This document shows positions 1 through 9,626 of a stretch of 64,000 bases of DNA, one piece after another; position 1 is the stretch's first letter; every line of letters starts with the position of its first letter. The stretch is from an uncultured Acidimicrobiia bacterium. GTDB lineage: Bacteria > Actinomycetota > Acidimicrobiia > Acidimicrobiales > SZUA-35. The notes beneath the pieces are model-generated. The model was given only the letters and a program-made list of their open reading frames with translations. It searched no databases and was not told where the DNA came from. The stretch is taken from contig CBESNA010000003.1 in assembly GCA_965530755.1 (NCBI GenBank), positions 76,848 to 140,847 on the forward strand, given 5' to 3'. The position numbers and the translations under genes were made by a program.

Positions 1-1
1 C

Positions 2-316
2 CTCTACGACAACGCCAACACGAGCATCCACATCTCCGGCAAGGGGTACGACCGGCCGGGCTGGGTCGTGGTGTCCACCTACAATTGCAAGGTTCCCGGG
101 GCCTGGTCGTGCGACAAGGTGATGCTCGTGGACCTCGGCGGCACCAACCGCATCTACGACCTCGCCCACACCTACAACTGCGGCGACAACTACTGGACGG
201 AGACCCACGCTGCCGTCAACCGAGCCTTCACTCGGGTCTACTTCAACTCCGACAGCGGGTCCTGCGGCATCGACGCTGAGGTGTTCGAGCTCACGCTCCC
301 GCCCTTCGGCGAGTGA
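2..316 (+). CDS. 3' end of a gene for a secreted/membrane beta-propeller-like protein (5' end outside window)
   Basis: The frame is open from the window edge to TGA 314-316; track ORF 68..316 is its tail. The tail VYFNSDSGSCGIDAEVFELT resembles the tail of the 915..2309 product (VLFSSDWGTGGIDTFVIDLT). The stop overlaps the next start (GTGA). Confidence 0.5.
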   Translation, partial: LYDNANTSIHISGKGYDRPGWVVVSTYNCKVPGAWSCDKVMLVDLGGTNRIYDLAHTYNCGDNYWTETHAAVNRAFTRVYFNSDSGSCGIDAEVFELTLPPFGE

Positions 317-918
317 ACGTGGGAGCGCTCGTGCCTAGCCTCGACTCGTTGACTGATCGCGACCAGACGAAGCAGGGACCGACCGAGCTCTCACCGGAGG
401 GCGAGGCCGACACCCCGAGTTTCGATCACACCTACCACCGCGAGTACAGCAAGCTCCTCGGTCTCGGGTTCGTGCTCACCGGCAGCAGGTCGATTGCTGA
501 GGACCTCGTGCAGGACACCTTTGCCGAGGCACACAAGCGGTGGAACACCGTGTCGAGCTACGACAACCTCGGGGCGTGGCTGCGACGCGTGATGGTGAAC
601 AAGTCGACGTCGCGGGGACGCCGGCTCGTGTCCGAGGCCAAGATGCTGCGCGTGTTCGGAGCGAGACAGGCGCCGAGCGTCGATATTCCGGAGCACACGG
701 GTGAGATCTGGAAAGCCGTTCGGGCACTGCCTCGGCGACAAGCCCAGACCGTGGCCTTGTTCTATTGGGAGGACCGCCCGATCGCCGAGATCGCCGAGAT
801 CCTCGAGTGTGGAGAAGAAACCGTGAAGACGCATCTGAAGCGGGCGAGAGCGACGCTGGCAACAAACCTCGACAGCCACGCCAACACGGCAGCGGACGAC
901 GGACTGGACAGCCGATGA
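313..918 (+). CDS. ECF-type RNA polymerase sigma-70 family factor
   Basis: 201-aa ORF with a region-2-like DLVQDTFAEAHKRW and a region-4 HTH RPIAEIAEILECGEETVKTHLKRARATL. The GTG start overlaps the upstream stop. Confidence 0.85.
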   Translation: MNVGALVPSLDSLTDRDQTKQGPTELSPEGEADTPSFDHTYHREYSKLLGLGFVLTGSRSIAEDLVQDTFAEAHKRWNTVSSYDNLGAWLRRVMVNKSTSRGRRLVSEAKMLRVFGARQAPSVDIPEHTGEIWKAVRALPRRQAQTVALFYWEDRPIAEIAEILECGEETVKTHLKRARATLATNLDSHANTAADDGLDSR

Positions 919-2309
919 GCCACGACTCGATCGACGATCAGCTCCGTTCCGCTGCCGCCGACGTCCGCTCCGGCCTCGACGGTGTGGAGGCACCGGCGTT
1001 CAGACCGCCGTCGCCCGTCGGGTCCAGGGTCGCACTCGTCGCCGCCGTCGCGCTGATCCTCGGCGGTGGCTGGTGGCTCACTCGGCCGGACGATCAAACC
1101 ACGAATGTCGACGTTGCCGTGGACGACACGGTGACGACAGCGTCGACGAAAGATCCGACCGAACCCACGCTCGGCCCCGTTGTCGCTGGCAACATCACCG
1201 CAGAATCGGTCGCCGCCTCGTCCATGCAGCGGCCGGACCTCGGCACCTTCTCCCTCGAGCCCGACTTCGGCACATCCATCCGTCGGCTCACCGACAGCGC
1301 ACCAGGCGAAGTCATCCAGCCGGTGTGGGCCAGGACCCAGGCCTTCAATGCGGACGGCTCACTGATCCTTCTCTATCGAACCGGCGACGGCACCGGACCC
1401 AAGGGTCACGTCGTGATCGACGCCAAGACGGGAGCGCTCGTCACCGAGCTCGACCTGGCCGGTCGGAGCGACATCGAGAACGTGTCCTGGCATTCTGTCG
1501 ACCCGAACGTGCTGACCTTCCAACGGTCGAACGAGCTCGTCGACATCGATGTCAGAACCAACGAGATCACCGTCAGAGTGGTGTTCGCCCTGTGTGAGAA
1601 CATCGGCAACGGTTCGGTCGCAGGGAGCACGGCGAGCGGCACTTCGGTGGTCGGCTTGCTGTGTTCTCGTACCGATGGTCTGAACCAGTGGTACGCGTTC
1701 GACCGCTCGAACAACTCGACCATTGTCGGAGCCATCGCGACGATCGATGCCGCCCCGATTCCGCTGGTGAGCAGATCTGGTTTCGTGGTCGTCGGAGATA
1801 CAACGATCGTGGTTCTCGACGACGCACTCGAGCCGATCGACTCCATCGCCGTCGAGGCCTCGAGTTTCACGGTCGCCCAGGATCGGAGCGGGAACGACGT
1901 CGTTGTTGCCACCGTCTTCGGCGGGCCGACCGAACCGGGTACCGCACTGGTGGTCACGCTCGCGACTGGCGCCGTCGATGTGATCGTCGGCGAGGCGACC
2001 GGCTACCCATACCCGCCCGGAGGCACGCAGCTGTCGACAGCGGCGACCGACGCTCCCTATCTCGTGGCGATCTCGACGAACGCCGCGAGCAGCGGGGGCG
2101 TCCTCGAAAACGAGATCATGCTGCTCGACATCGACGGCGCCGATTCGGTTCTCTCCCGACTCTCCCACCACCGCAGCTCCGGTGCCGACGTCGGGTCCTG
2201 GCCCGGTGACTCGATGGTGGCCGTGAGCCCGGACGGCTCGAGAGTGCTGTTCTCGTCGGACTGGGGAACCGGCGGAATCGACACGTTCGTGATCGACCTC
2301 ACCCGCTGA
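915..2309 (+). CDS. Sigma-coupled single-pass membrane protein with extracytoplasmic beta-propeller-like (PD40/TolB-like) domain
   Basis: In-frame ATG 915 overlaps the sigma stop (ATGA). It has a short N-terminus, one TM helix (VALVAAVALILGGGWWL), then about 430 aa with PD40-like strands (VAVSPDGSRVLFSSDWG). The track start at 765 lies inside the sigma gene. Confidence 0.65.
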   Translation: MSHDSIDDQLRSAAADVRSGLDGVEAPAFRPPSPVGSRVALVAAVALILGGGWWLTRPDDQTTNVDVAVDDTVTTASTKDPTEPTLGPVVAGNITAESVAASSMQRPDLGTFSLEPDFGTSIRRLTDSAPGEVIQPVWARTQAFNADGSLILLYRTGDGTGPKGHVVIDAKTGALVTELDLAGRSDIENVSWHSVDPNVLTFQRSNELVDIDVRTNEITVRVVFALCENIGNGSVAGSTASGTSVVGLLCSRTDGLNQWYAFDRSNNSTIVGAIATIDAAPIPLVSRSGFVVVGDTTIVVLDDALEPIDSIAVEASSFTVAQDRSGNDVVVATVFGGPTEPGTALVVTLATGAVDVIVGEATGYPYPPGGTQLSTAATDAPYLVAISTNAASSGGVLENEIMLLDIDGADSVLSRLSHHRSSGADVGSWPGDSMVAVSPDGSRVLFSSDWGTGGIDTFVIDLTR

Positions 2310-3071
2310 TTCTCGCTTGGGTGAAGAGTTGTGTTGTCAAACACGTGTTCGTGGATTGAATGTCACACCCCCTAAGTACTGTGATGAGTATGAGTTTGGC
2401 GGAGATCTCATCACCCACGAAGTGCAGTCGGCGCTCGATCCGCGATGTCCGCGCTGCCGGCCTGGAAGCCGTTGAACTCCTCGCCGAAGCCGAACGCCTC
2501 CGCGCCGAAGCCGTTGCTGACCTGGTCGAGTTCCATGCCATCTACGGCCACATCACCGAGGGCTACCTCACACCACAACGCCAGTTGATCGTCGGCGCAC
2601 GAGTCGCCGACTCCGAAGCCAACCGCATCTTCCGACTCGTCCGGTTCTGCGAACACCATCCTCTGGTCGCCGACCAACTGGCCGCAGCACTCATCACCGT
2701 CGAACACGCAGACGCCCTCATGAAACTCGCCGCCAACGTTGATCGTGGCGAGTTCGCCGACGCCTTGCCTGATCTCCTTTGCGCTGCGGTCGGTGTGGAG
2801 TTGTCGGTGTTCTGCGACCGCATCAGATCCTGGCGCTGGCGCATCCAACCCGAGATCGCTGATGAGGATCTCGACGCTGCTTACGACCGGCGGTCGCTGA
2901 CCTCACAACGCAAACTGTTCGGCGGTTCCAAAGGCCAATACGAACTCGACGCCGCAGGCACCGCCATCCTCGAAGCCGGCCTCTTCACCACGCCTGACCC
3001 CACCGACCGCATCGACGGGCCCCGAACCCTGGCCCAACGCCGAGCCGACGCCGTTCGCTTCGCTCACTAAC

Positions 3072-3098
3072 GGAGTTGCTCGCTGCGCTCTCAACTCC
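3072..3098. repeat. Hairpin repeat copy D (GGAGTTG - CTCGCTGCGCTCT - CAACTCC)
   Basis: 7-bp inverted arms flank a 13-nt core. The same core is found in the copies at 3503-3557 and 28561-28719. The copy starts 2 nt after the premature TAA of the HNH pseudogene. Confidence 0.55.
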
Positions 3099-3502
3099 CA
3101 CGGCTCGACGACGACATCACTACCGCCGACCCAGACGACGGCGAACCAGCGGGTGGCTGCCAGTGGCCTGCCGGTGCCCGCCAGGCGTCGCGACCAACCG
3201 TCGATGTCATCATCGCTCTGCCGACGCTGTTGGGTGTCGGCTTCGACCTCGACGATCATCGGACAGGCGCCGGTGACGTTGACTGGGCTTCGATCGAAGC
3301 CTCCTTCGCATTGACCGGACGTGCTCCACGCAGGGTGATGCAGCAGTTCTTCTGCGATGCGTCATGGCGGACCCTCATCACCTCAGGCGGTTCGATCGTT
3401 CTCGACTACACCCGCGCCAAACACGAAGTGAATCGGTCGCAACGGCGTGCCGTCCAACGTCGAGATCGTCACTGCCAATTCTCTGGGTGCGATCGGCACT
3501 GG

Positions 3503-3557
3503 GGAGAGTCGTGAGCGCAGCGAGCGACTCTGAGCAACCCGCAGGGTTGCCGATGGT
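3503..3557. repeat. 55-nt insertion carrying hairpin repeat copy C (two hairpins)
   Basis: Hairpin 1 (3505-3531) is AGAGTCG-TGAGCGCAGCGAG-CGACTCT. Hairpin 2 (3534-3550) is GCAACCC-GCA-GGGTTGC. The core is the reverse complement of the core in copies A, B and D. The segment separates the CDRHW and CDVHH motifs of the HNH gene and shifts the frame by +1. Confidence 0.6.
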
Positions 3558-3784
3558 TGCGATGTGCATCACCTCCGAGCCAAGGAAGATGGCGGTTGGG
3601 ACCTGTTCGACAACCTCGCCCTCCTGCGCAGAAGACACCACACGATGGTCCACCAGCAAGGCTGGCAGTTGTGGCGCGACACCGACGGCCGAATACAAAC
3701 CGCCACCCCCTGAGCCTCGGGGGTGGCGGAACCCGGAACTTGAAACCGCCGCTCGGCCTCGAATGGGATCGGTAGTCTCTGCTG

Positions 3785-5506
3785 ATGCGTTGGTCCCAGC
3801 TGTTCTCGCCCACCCTTCGAGATGCCCCGAACGATGCGGTGGCGCCGAGCCATCAGCTGCTGATCCGGGGCGGTTTCATGCGTCAGCTCCATGCTGGTCA
3901 CTACTCGATGCTCCCGTTGGGCTGGCGGGTCCATCAAAAGGTGGCGAACATCGTCCGGGAGGAGATCGAGGCACTCGGCGGCCAGGAGTTCCTTCTTCCG
4001 ACCATGCATCCGGCCGACATCTGGAAGCAGTCGGGCCGCTGGGACACCATGGGCGAGATCATGTTCCGCCTCGAGGACCGAAAGGGGGCCGAGAACGCAC
4101 TCGGCATCACCCACGAGGAGATCTTCGCCACCGTCGCCTCCGAACTCAGTTCGTACAAGCAGCTTCCACAGATCTGGTACCACATCCAGATCAAGTTCCG
4201 CGATGAAGCCCGCCCCAAGAGCGGCCTGCTCCGAGTCCGCGAGTTTCACATGAAGGACTCCTACTCGTTCGACATCGACGAGGCCGGCCTCGACCGGGCG
4301 TTCGACGCTCACGACCAGGCGTACAGAACGATCTTCGAGCGGATCGGCGTGCCTGCCTTCGGCGTTCAGGCCAGCTCCGGCGCGATGGGTGGCAACAGCT
4401 CGGTCGAGTTCATGACACCGTCGGACGCCGGCGAGGACGACGTCGTTCGCTGCCCCTCCTGCGACTACGCAGGCAACGTCGAGAAGGCGACGTCGATCCT
4501 GCCTCCGACCGATGACGGCGATGCCACCGAGCTGGAGAAGTTCGCCACGCCCGGCGTCCGCACGATTGCGGCACTCGAGGCCTTCGACGGCGGAGCGGCG
4601 GCAATCGACCAACTGAAAACGCTGGTCATGGTGCTCGACGACCAGGTCACGCTCGTAGTGGTCCGCGGCGATCACCAACTCAACACCCAGAAGCTCGCCG
4701 ATGTCACCGGCGCCATCGAGGTTCGGCCCGCAGAGGTGGGCGAGACCATCACTTCCCTTGGCGCCAAGCCGGGAAGTCTCGGTGCGGTCGGCGTCGACCA
4801 ACTTCCCGTGATCGCCGACCTGGTAGTAGAGGGTCGAGTCAACATGACCACCGGCGCCAACGACGACGATTGGCACTACCGCGGTGTCAGCGTCGCACGC
4901 GATCTGACAGTCGAGCGGTTCGTCGACCTCCGACAGGTGGAGGCCGGTGAGGCTTGTCCTGTCTGCGGATCGCCACTCGAGATCGTTCGCTGCATCGAGA
5001 TCGGTCACATCTTCAAACTCGGAACCACCTATGCAGACACGTTCAACGTCACCGTCGCCGACGAGTCCGGGGCGATCGCCCCGGTGCAGATGGGCAGCTA
5101 CGGCATCGGAATCGGCCGCAACATGGCCGCCGCAGTCGAGGCCAACCACGATGACAAGGGCATCGTTTGGCCCGTCTCGATCGCACCGTTCGAGCTCGTC
5201 ATCACTCTGATGCGAATCGACGACGACTACCTCGAGGCCGGCAACGAGCTCTACCAAGCGTTCAAGGCTGCCGGGGTCGACGTCCTCATCGACGACCGTG
5301 ACGCGAGAGCAGGGGTCAAGTTCGCCGATGCCGAACTCATCGGCATCCCCCATCGCATCACGCTCGGTCCGAGAGGCATGGCTGACGGTCAGGCCGAGGT
5401 GACCAACCGGGCAACCGGCGACACTGGCAACATCTCAATCGACGAGGTCGTCTCGCATCTCGCACCACAGATCATCAAGGAGCGCAATCATGGCCGTACG
5501 ACCTGA
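3785..5506 (+). CDS. proS: Prolyl-tRNA synthetase (bacterial type with editing insertion)
   Basis: 573 aa. The N-terminus MRWSQLFSPTLRDAP..HQLLIRGGFMRQL..GWRVHQKV, motif FRDEARPKSGLLRVREFHMKDSYSF and the C-terminal anticodon-binding region are typical of ProRS. Confidence 0.95.
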   Translation: MRWSQLFSPTLRDAPNDAVAPSHQLLIRGGFMRQLHAGHYSMLPLGWRVHQKVANIVREEIEALGGQEFLLPTMHPADIWKQSGRWDTMGEIMFRLEDRKGAENALGITHEEIFATVASELSSYKQLPQIWYHIQIKFRDEARPKSGLLRVREFHMKDSYSFDIDEAGLDRAFDAHDQAYRTIFERIGVPAFGVQASSGAMGGNSSVEFMTPSDAGEDDVVRCPSCDYAGNVEKATSILPPTDDGDATELEKFATPGVRTIAALEAFDGGAAAIDQLKTLVMVLDDQVTLVVVRGDHQLNTQKLADVTGAIEVRPAEVGETITSLGAKPGSLGAVGVDQLPVIADLVVEGRVNMTTGANDDDWHYRGVSVARDLTVERFVDLRQVEAGEACPVCGSPLEIVRCIEIGHIFKLGTTYADTFNVTVADESGAIAPVQMGSYGIGIGRNMAAAVEANHDDKGIVWPVSIAPFELVITLMRIDDDYLEAGNELYQAFKAAGVDVLIDDRDARAGVKFADAELIGIPHRITLGPRGMADGQAEVTNRATGDTGNISIDEVVSHLAPQIIKERNHGRTT

Positions 5507-6158
5507 TTCGAAGGCCTCCAGCGTGCCGTTCCCACGGCACCCTGCCCGATTCTTCGACGACCTCGACGCGGCAGCGACCGCCGTCGTCCGTCATCTCGAC
5601 AGCACAGCCGGAAGCTTTGATCGTCTCACTGCGGTGAGCGACCCGGCCCACATCACGGCCCAGGACATCGTGGCCTGCTCGATGATGGAGCATCCCGTGC
5701 CTGCCGCAGCCGCAGCCTGGATCCTCAGTCCCGAAGGTGAGTGGTTGACCGCCGAGATCCTGTCTGACATCTCGCCGAACGACGAACTCTGGGGCTGCAA
5801 TGCCGGCGTCATCCTGCGCGCCGCCGACCTGTTCCAGCTGCTGCGATCACCGACGTCTCAAATGCCGGCCGAACACAATGATCCCGCCGTCAGCCAGGCC
5901 GTGGCCACCTGCCTGCTCGCAGCCAAACGACCGCGGCTGGTGCCCATCGACGACCGTCAGATCCGCCACTCGCTCAAGTATCCGAAGAACACGCTGTGGT
6001 TCCGTCGCTGGAAGGACGTGATGGACGATGAGCTCCTCGGGCTTGCCAGGACCGCCCGCCATCTCGCCGGCGAGGAACACGCCGCTGCGGTGAACCTCAG
6101 TGAGCTGCGTGTCCTCGACATCGTGGTGCGGGGCCGCGCCAAAGATCGCCGCCGCTGA
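5490..6158 (+). CDS. Hypothetical protein
   Basis: 222-aa ORF with an ATG start that overlaps the proS 3' end by 17 nt. I recognise no motif. It is the only sizeable ORF in this interval. Confidence 0.5.
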   Translation: MAVRPDSKASSVPFPRHPARFFDDLDAAATAVVRHLDSTAGSFDRLTAVSDPAHITAQDIVACSMMEHPVPAAAAAWILSPEGEWLTAEILSDISPNDELWGCNAGVILRAADLFQLLRSPTSQMPAEHNDPAVSQAVATCLLAAKRPRLVPIDDRQIRHSLKYPKNTLWFRRWKDVMDDELLGLARTARHLAGEEHAAAVNLSELRVLDIVVRGRAKDRRR

Positions 6159-6167
6159 CCCGTCTGG

Positions 6168-6938
6168 TCAGTCGCCGTCGACGAGGTCGGAGACTGCATC
6201 GCGGATCTCGTCGAGCGGGGTGTCGACCAGCACCGTGTCCTCGAGCGAGTCGTCGTCGACCATCAGCCAGGCAAGCACACCGAGGACCGCCCCGATCATG
6301 GGGAAGACGAAGAAGGCCCAGAGCTGGGTGATGGCGGCGTCACCGGCGAAGATCGCCATTCCGAAGCTCCGAGCTGGATTCACCGATGTGTTGTCGATGG
6401 GGATGCTGACCAGGTGAATCACGGTCAGCGTGAGGCCGATGGTGAGGCCGCTTGCCGCCCTCGGGAATCCCTGGTTCGTGGTGGAGAGCACGACGAACAT
6501 GAGAACGGCGGTGAGCACCACTTCGGCGATCATCATCGACCCGAAGGCGTAGAACCCGTTGTCGACGCCCCAGAGATTCACGGCGAAGTTGGTCGTGTCG
6601 GCGTCGAAGCCGCCGAGATTGCCACGGGCCATGAGCAGGATGACCAGGCCACCGAAGCTGGCTCCAAGGAGCTGAGCCATCCAGTAGATGGGAACGAGCG
6701 CCCCGTCGATCTTGCGCATCACGGCCATACCAAGCGTGACCGCTGGGTTGATGTGGCAACCCGAGACCGGGCCGACGGCGTAGACGGCAACCATCAGCGC
6801 CAGCCCGAAACCTAGTGCGACGCCGAGGATCCCGACGCCCCCCTCACGAGTTGCCAGAACGGCGGTGCCGGGACCACCGAGCATCAGGATGAAGGTGCCA
6901 ACGAACTCGGCGGCAAAGATTCGACCATTGGTCATCAT
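6168..6938 (-). CDS. aqpZ: Aquaporin Z (MIP family water channel)
   Basis: Two NPA boxes (HINPAVTLG, SVNPARSFG) and close overall resemblance to AqpZ. AAGGAG lies 6 nt upstream of ATGATG at 6938. Confidence 0.9.
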   Translation of the reverse strand: MMTNGRIFAAEFVGTFILMLGGPGTAVLATREGGVGILGVALGFGLALMVAVYAVGPVSGCHINPAVTLGMAVMRKIDGALVPIYWMAQLLGASFGGLVILLMARGNLGGFDADTTNFAVNLWGVDNGFYAFGSMMIAEVVLTAVLMFVVLSTTNQGFPRAASGLTIGLTLTVIHLVSIPIDNTSVNPARSFGMAIFAGDAAITQLWAFFVFPMIGAVLGVLAWLMVDDDSLEDTVLVDTPLDEIRDAVSDLVDGD

Positions 6939-7112
6939 AAATACTCCTTGGATTCGATCGACGGCGGCGAGGCACACATCGACTGCCGCAGTTCAGCACA
7001 GTGCGCGGCGCTCGACAGGCTCTCGCACACATCAATCACTCGGAACCGGTTCAGCCGGCCGGCCCAGTCGGATCTCCGGCGGCAGCGGTGGGACGGGCCT
7101 AGCCTCGGACTG

Positions 7113-8285
7113 ATGGACACGAGATCGCCAGCATCGTGGCGCCGCCGCCTCGAGCTCCTCCTCGGCATACCGGCGAGCGACGGCAACCTCGTCGAGGTGC
7201 TTCGCAACGGTGATGAGATCTTCGCTGCCATGCTCGGCGCGATTCACGCCGCCGAGCGTTCGATCGACATGGTGACCTTCGTGTTCTGGCGAGGCGACAT
7301 CACGCAGGCATTCACCGACGCCCTCAGCGAGCGGGCACGCTCCGGCGTGCGTGTGCGGCTGCTGCTCGACACCTTCGGGTCCCGGCACATCGCCGCAGAC
7401 CAGGTGGCGAAGATGCGGAGTGCGGGTGTCGACCTGCGCTGGTTCCGGCCGATCGAAGCCGCTGAGGGCAAACGCCTCACAAGGGTGAATCGCCGGACGC
7501 ATCGCAAAGTCCTGGTATGTGATGAGCGCACGGGCTTCACCGGCGGCGTTGGTATCGCGCAGGAGTGGACCGGCACCGCGTCGAATCCATCGGAGTGGCG
7601 CGACACCCACTTCCGGGTGGTCGGCCCGGCGGTCGACGGCCTCCACGGTGGTTTCATCGACAACTGGCTGGAGACCGGCCCGCTCCAGATCGACGAGATG
7701 TTCGACCACTTCCCGAACCAGCCGGCCGCCGGCACCTCGACCGTGCAGGTCATTCGCGGAGCGGCGGAGGCCGGCAGCAACGACATCGCCAACCTGTTCG
7801 AGATCCTCTTTCGCGAGGCGGAACGACACATCCGCATCACCACGGCGTACTTCAACCCTGACCACGAGGTGGCAGCGATGCTCGTCGACGCTGCTCACCG
7901 AGGCGTCGAGGTGGATGTCCTGGTGCCGGGCCGCCACGCCGACAAACGCTTCGTGCAGATCGTCGGCGAGGCACGCTACGCCCAGCTCATGCACGCCGGG
8001 ATCAACATTCGGGTCTACGACGCCACCATGCTGCACGCCAAGATCGTCACGGTCGATGGCATCGTCGCCTCGGTCGGCTCGGCCAACATCAATCAGCGGA
8101 GCATGCAATACGACGAGGAACTCAATCTGGTCGTCATCGACTCGGTGATCGTCGACGCACTCGACGCTGACTTCGACGCAGACGTCGCCAAGAGCACACA
8201 CATCGATCCGGACGACTGGGCAGCGCGTGGGCCGATCCAGCGGGCGGCAGAGCGGGCGATCTCGGTCGTCGCCGACCTGATCTGA
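7113..8285 (+). CDS. Phospholipase D family protein / cardiolipin synthase-like
   Basis: Two HKD motifs (HRKVLVCDERTGFTGGVGI and LHAKIVTVDGIVASVGSANINQRS). ATG 7113 was chosen because the longer track ORF starts inside the aqpZ upstream region. Confidence 0.85.
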   Translation: MDTRSPASWRRRLELLLGIPASDGNLVEVLRNGDEIFAAMLGAIHAAERSIDMVTFVFWRGDITQAFTDALSERARSGVRVRLLLDTFGSRHIAADQVAKMRSAGVDLRWFRPIEAAEGKRLTRVNRRTHRKVLVCDERTGFTGGVGIAQEWTGTASNPSEWRDTHFRVVGPAVDGLHGGFIDNWLETGPLQIDEMFDHFPNQPAAGTSTVQVIRGAAEAGSNDIANLFEILFREAERHIRITTAYFNPDHEVAAMLVDAAHRGVEVDVLVPGRHADKRFVQIVGEARYAQLMHAGINIRVYDATMLHAKIVTVDGIVASVGSANINQRSMQYDEELNLVVIDSVIVDALDADFDADVAKSTHIDPDDWAARGPIQRAAERAISVVADLI

Positions 8286-8311
8286 CTCCGTAGCCTCCAC
8301 GAGTGCCCGAG

Positions 8312-9553
8312 ATGAAGCCCCTGATCGATCAACGTCGAGCAGACTCACGCCACAGCGAGCGAGCCACCACGGGGTATCTCGCCTTCCTCGGAATCCTGCT
8401 GGCGTTCGGGATAGATGTCGCCCTTCCGGCGTTCGACGACATCGAGGCCGACCTCACGACAGGCGGCTCATCGGTGTCGCTGATCGGCACGCTGTATTTC
8501 CTCGGGATGGCTGCCGGCCAGCTCATCTACGGCCCCATTGCCGATCGCTTCGGGAGGCGACCCGCCCTCGTCTTCGGGCTCACGCTCTACGCGGCCGGCG
8601 CCTTCGCCTCTGCGCTCGCACCGTCGTTCGGCTTCCTGCTGGGATCCAGACTGCTCTGGGGACTCGGTGCTGCGGCTCCCGCTGCCTTGCGGACCGCCAT
8701 CGCCCGCGACCTCTTCGAGGGCGATCAGATGGCGAGGATCGTCACTGCGGTCACGGCCGTATTCATGATCGGACCCATCTTCGTCCCGATCGTCGGGCAG
8801 GCGATCCTGACGATCGCCCCGTGGCCAACCGTCTTCCTGGCCGCCATGTTGCTGGCACTGATCGCCATGGCCTGGACCGTCTGGTTCGGCGAGTCGTTGG
8901 CACCCGAACACCAACGTCCACTTCGAGCACGGCCGCTGATCGAGGCCGGCCGCACCGTGATCCGCACGCGGCCGACCATCGGCCACATCGCAGCCCAGAC
9001 GTTCTCCGGCGCAGCGTTCTTCTCCTTCCTCGGCAGCTCCCAGCCGATCATCGATCGCATCTACGGCCGCGAAGAACAGTTCGCACTCTTCTTCGGCAGC
9101 GGCGGCGTCCTCATGGTGCTCGCGCTTCTCCTGAACAATCGGATGATCGGCCTCCGCGGTGCCCGCAGGATGGCCCTCGCGAACTCCACCTTGCTGGTCG
9201 TGGTCACTGGCGTCGGCTTGATCATCACCCTCGGAGCCGACGGTCGACCATCGATCTGGGTCTGGTTCGTTTCAGTGGCCCTGGCCAACGCGGTCATCAC
9301 GACGATGACACCGATGTGCTCGGCGCTCGCCCTCCAACCGATGGGAGCACTGGCGGGAACGGCCTCGTCGATTCTGGGGGTGCTCACCCTGGCCGTGGGC
9401 GCGCTCCTCGCCGCGATCATCGACTCTCGTATCGACACGACGGTGACGCCGATGTCGGTTGGTTACTTCGTGTTCGCCGCTCTGGCCCTAGCCTCGCTGC
9501 GCTGGGCCGGCGACCCGGCCGAGGCTGAGCGTTCTCCACTTGTTCAGGTCTGA
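8312..9553 (+). CDS. MFS transporter, Bcr/CflA drug-resistance subfamily-like
   Basis: 12-TM profile with MFS motif A GPIADRFGRRP. GTG 8303 is an alternative start. Confidence 0.8.
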   Translation: MKPLIDQRRADSRHSERATTGYLAFLGILLAFGIDVALPAFDDIEADLTTGGSSVSLIGTLYFLGMAAGQLIYGPIADRFGRRPALVFGLTLYAAGAFASALAPSFGFLLGSRLLWGLGAAAPAALRTAIARDLFEGDQMARIVTAVTAVFMIGPIFVPIVGQAILTIAPWPTVFLAAMLLALIAMAWTVWFGESLAPEHQRPLRARPLIEAGRTVIRTRPTIGHIAAQTFSGAAFFSFLGSSQPIIDRIYGREEQFALFFGSGGVLMVLALLLNNRMIGLRGARRMALANSTLLVVVTGVGLIITLGADGRPSIWVWFVSVALANAVITTMTPMCSALALQPMGALAGTASSILGVLTLAVGALLAAIIDSRIDTTVTPMSVGYFVFAALALASLRWAGDPAEAERSPLVQV

Positions 9554-9626
9554 TCGGGAAGCGATCCGACCACTCCCCCGTTCCACCTTGCACGTGCGTC
9601 ACACTCGCGCCGAGCCCAGGGGGACC

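Larger units (their letters stand above)
2360..3713 (+). pseudogene. DUF222 / HNH endonuclease (13E12-repeat-like family), disrupted
   Basis: One frame carries 2360..3070 (DUF222-like N-domain, ends TAA 3068-3070) and continues open through 3071..3514 (RRAVQRRDRHCQFSGCDRHW, ends TGA 3512-3514). The HNH core CDVHHLRAKEDGGWDLFDNLALLRRRHHTMVHQQGW then follows in the +1 frame at 3558..3713. The gene therefore has one in-frame stop plus one frameshifting insertion. Confidence 0.7.

Noticed and set aside
3569-5353. Very long ORFs lie antisense to, or out of frame with, well-supported genes. Examples are 3569..5353(-) over proS, 12714..14279(-), 17392..18444(+), 29841..31496(+), 32116..33789(-), 45043..46170(+), 46516..47838(+), 47906..49150(+), 49011..50255(+), 50003..51139(-) and 60538..62358(+).
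   Set aside because: These are typical shadow ORFs of GC-rich DNA. Their products are Arg/Gly/Asp/His-rich and low-complexity with no recognisable motifs, while the opposite or alternative frame carries unambiguous family signatures.
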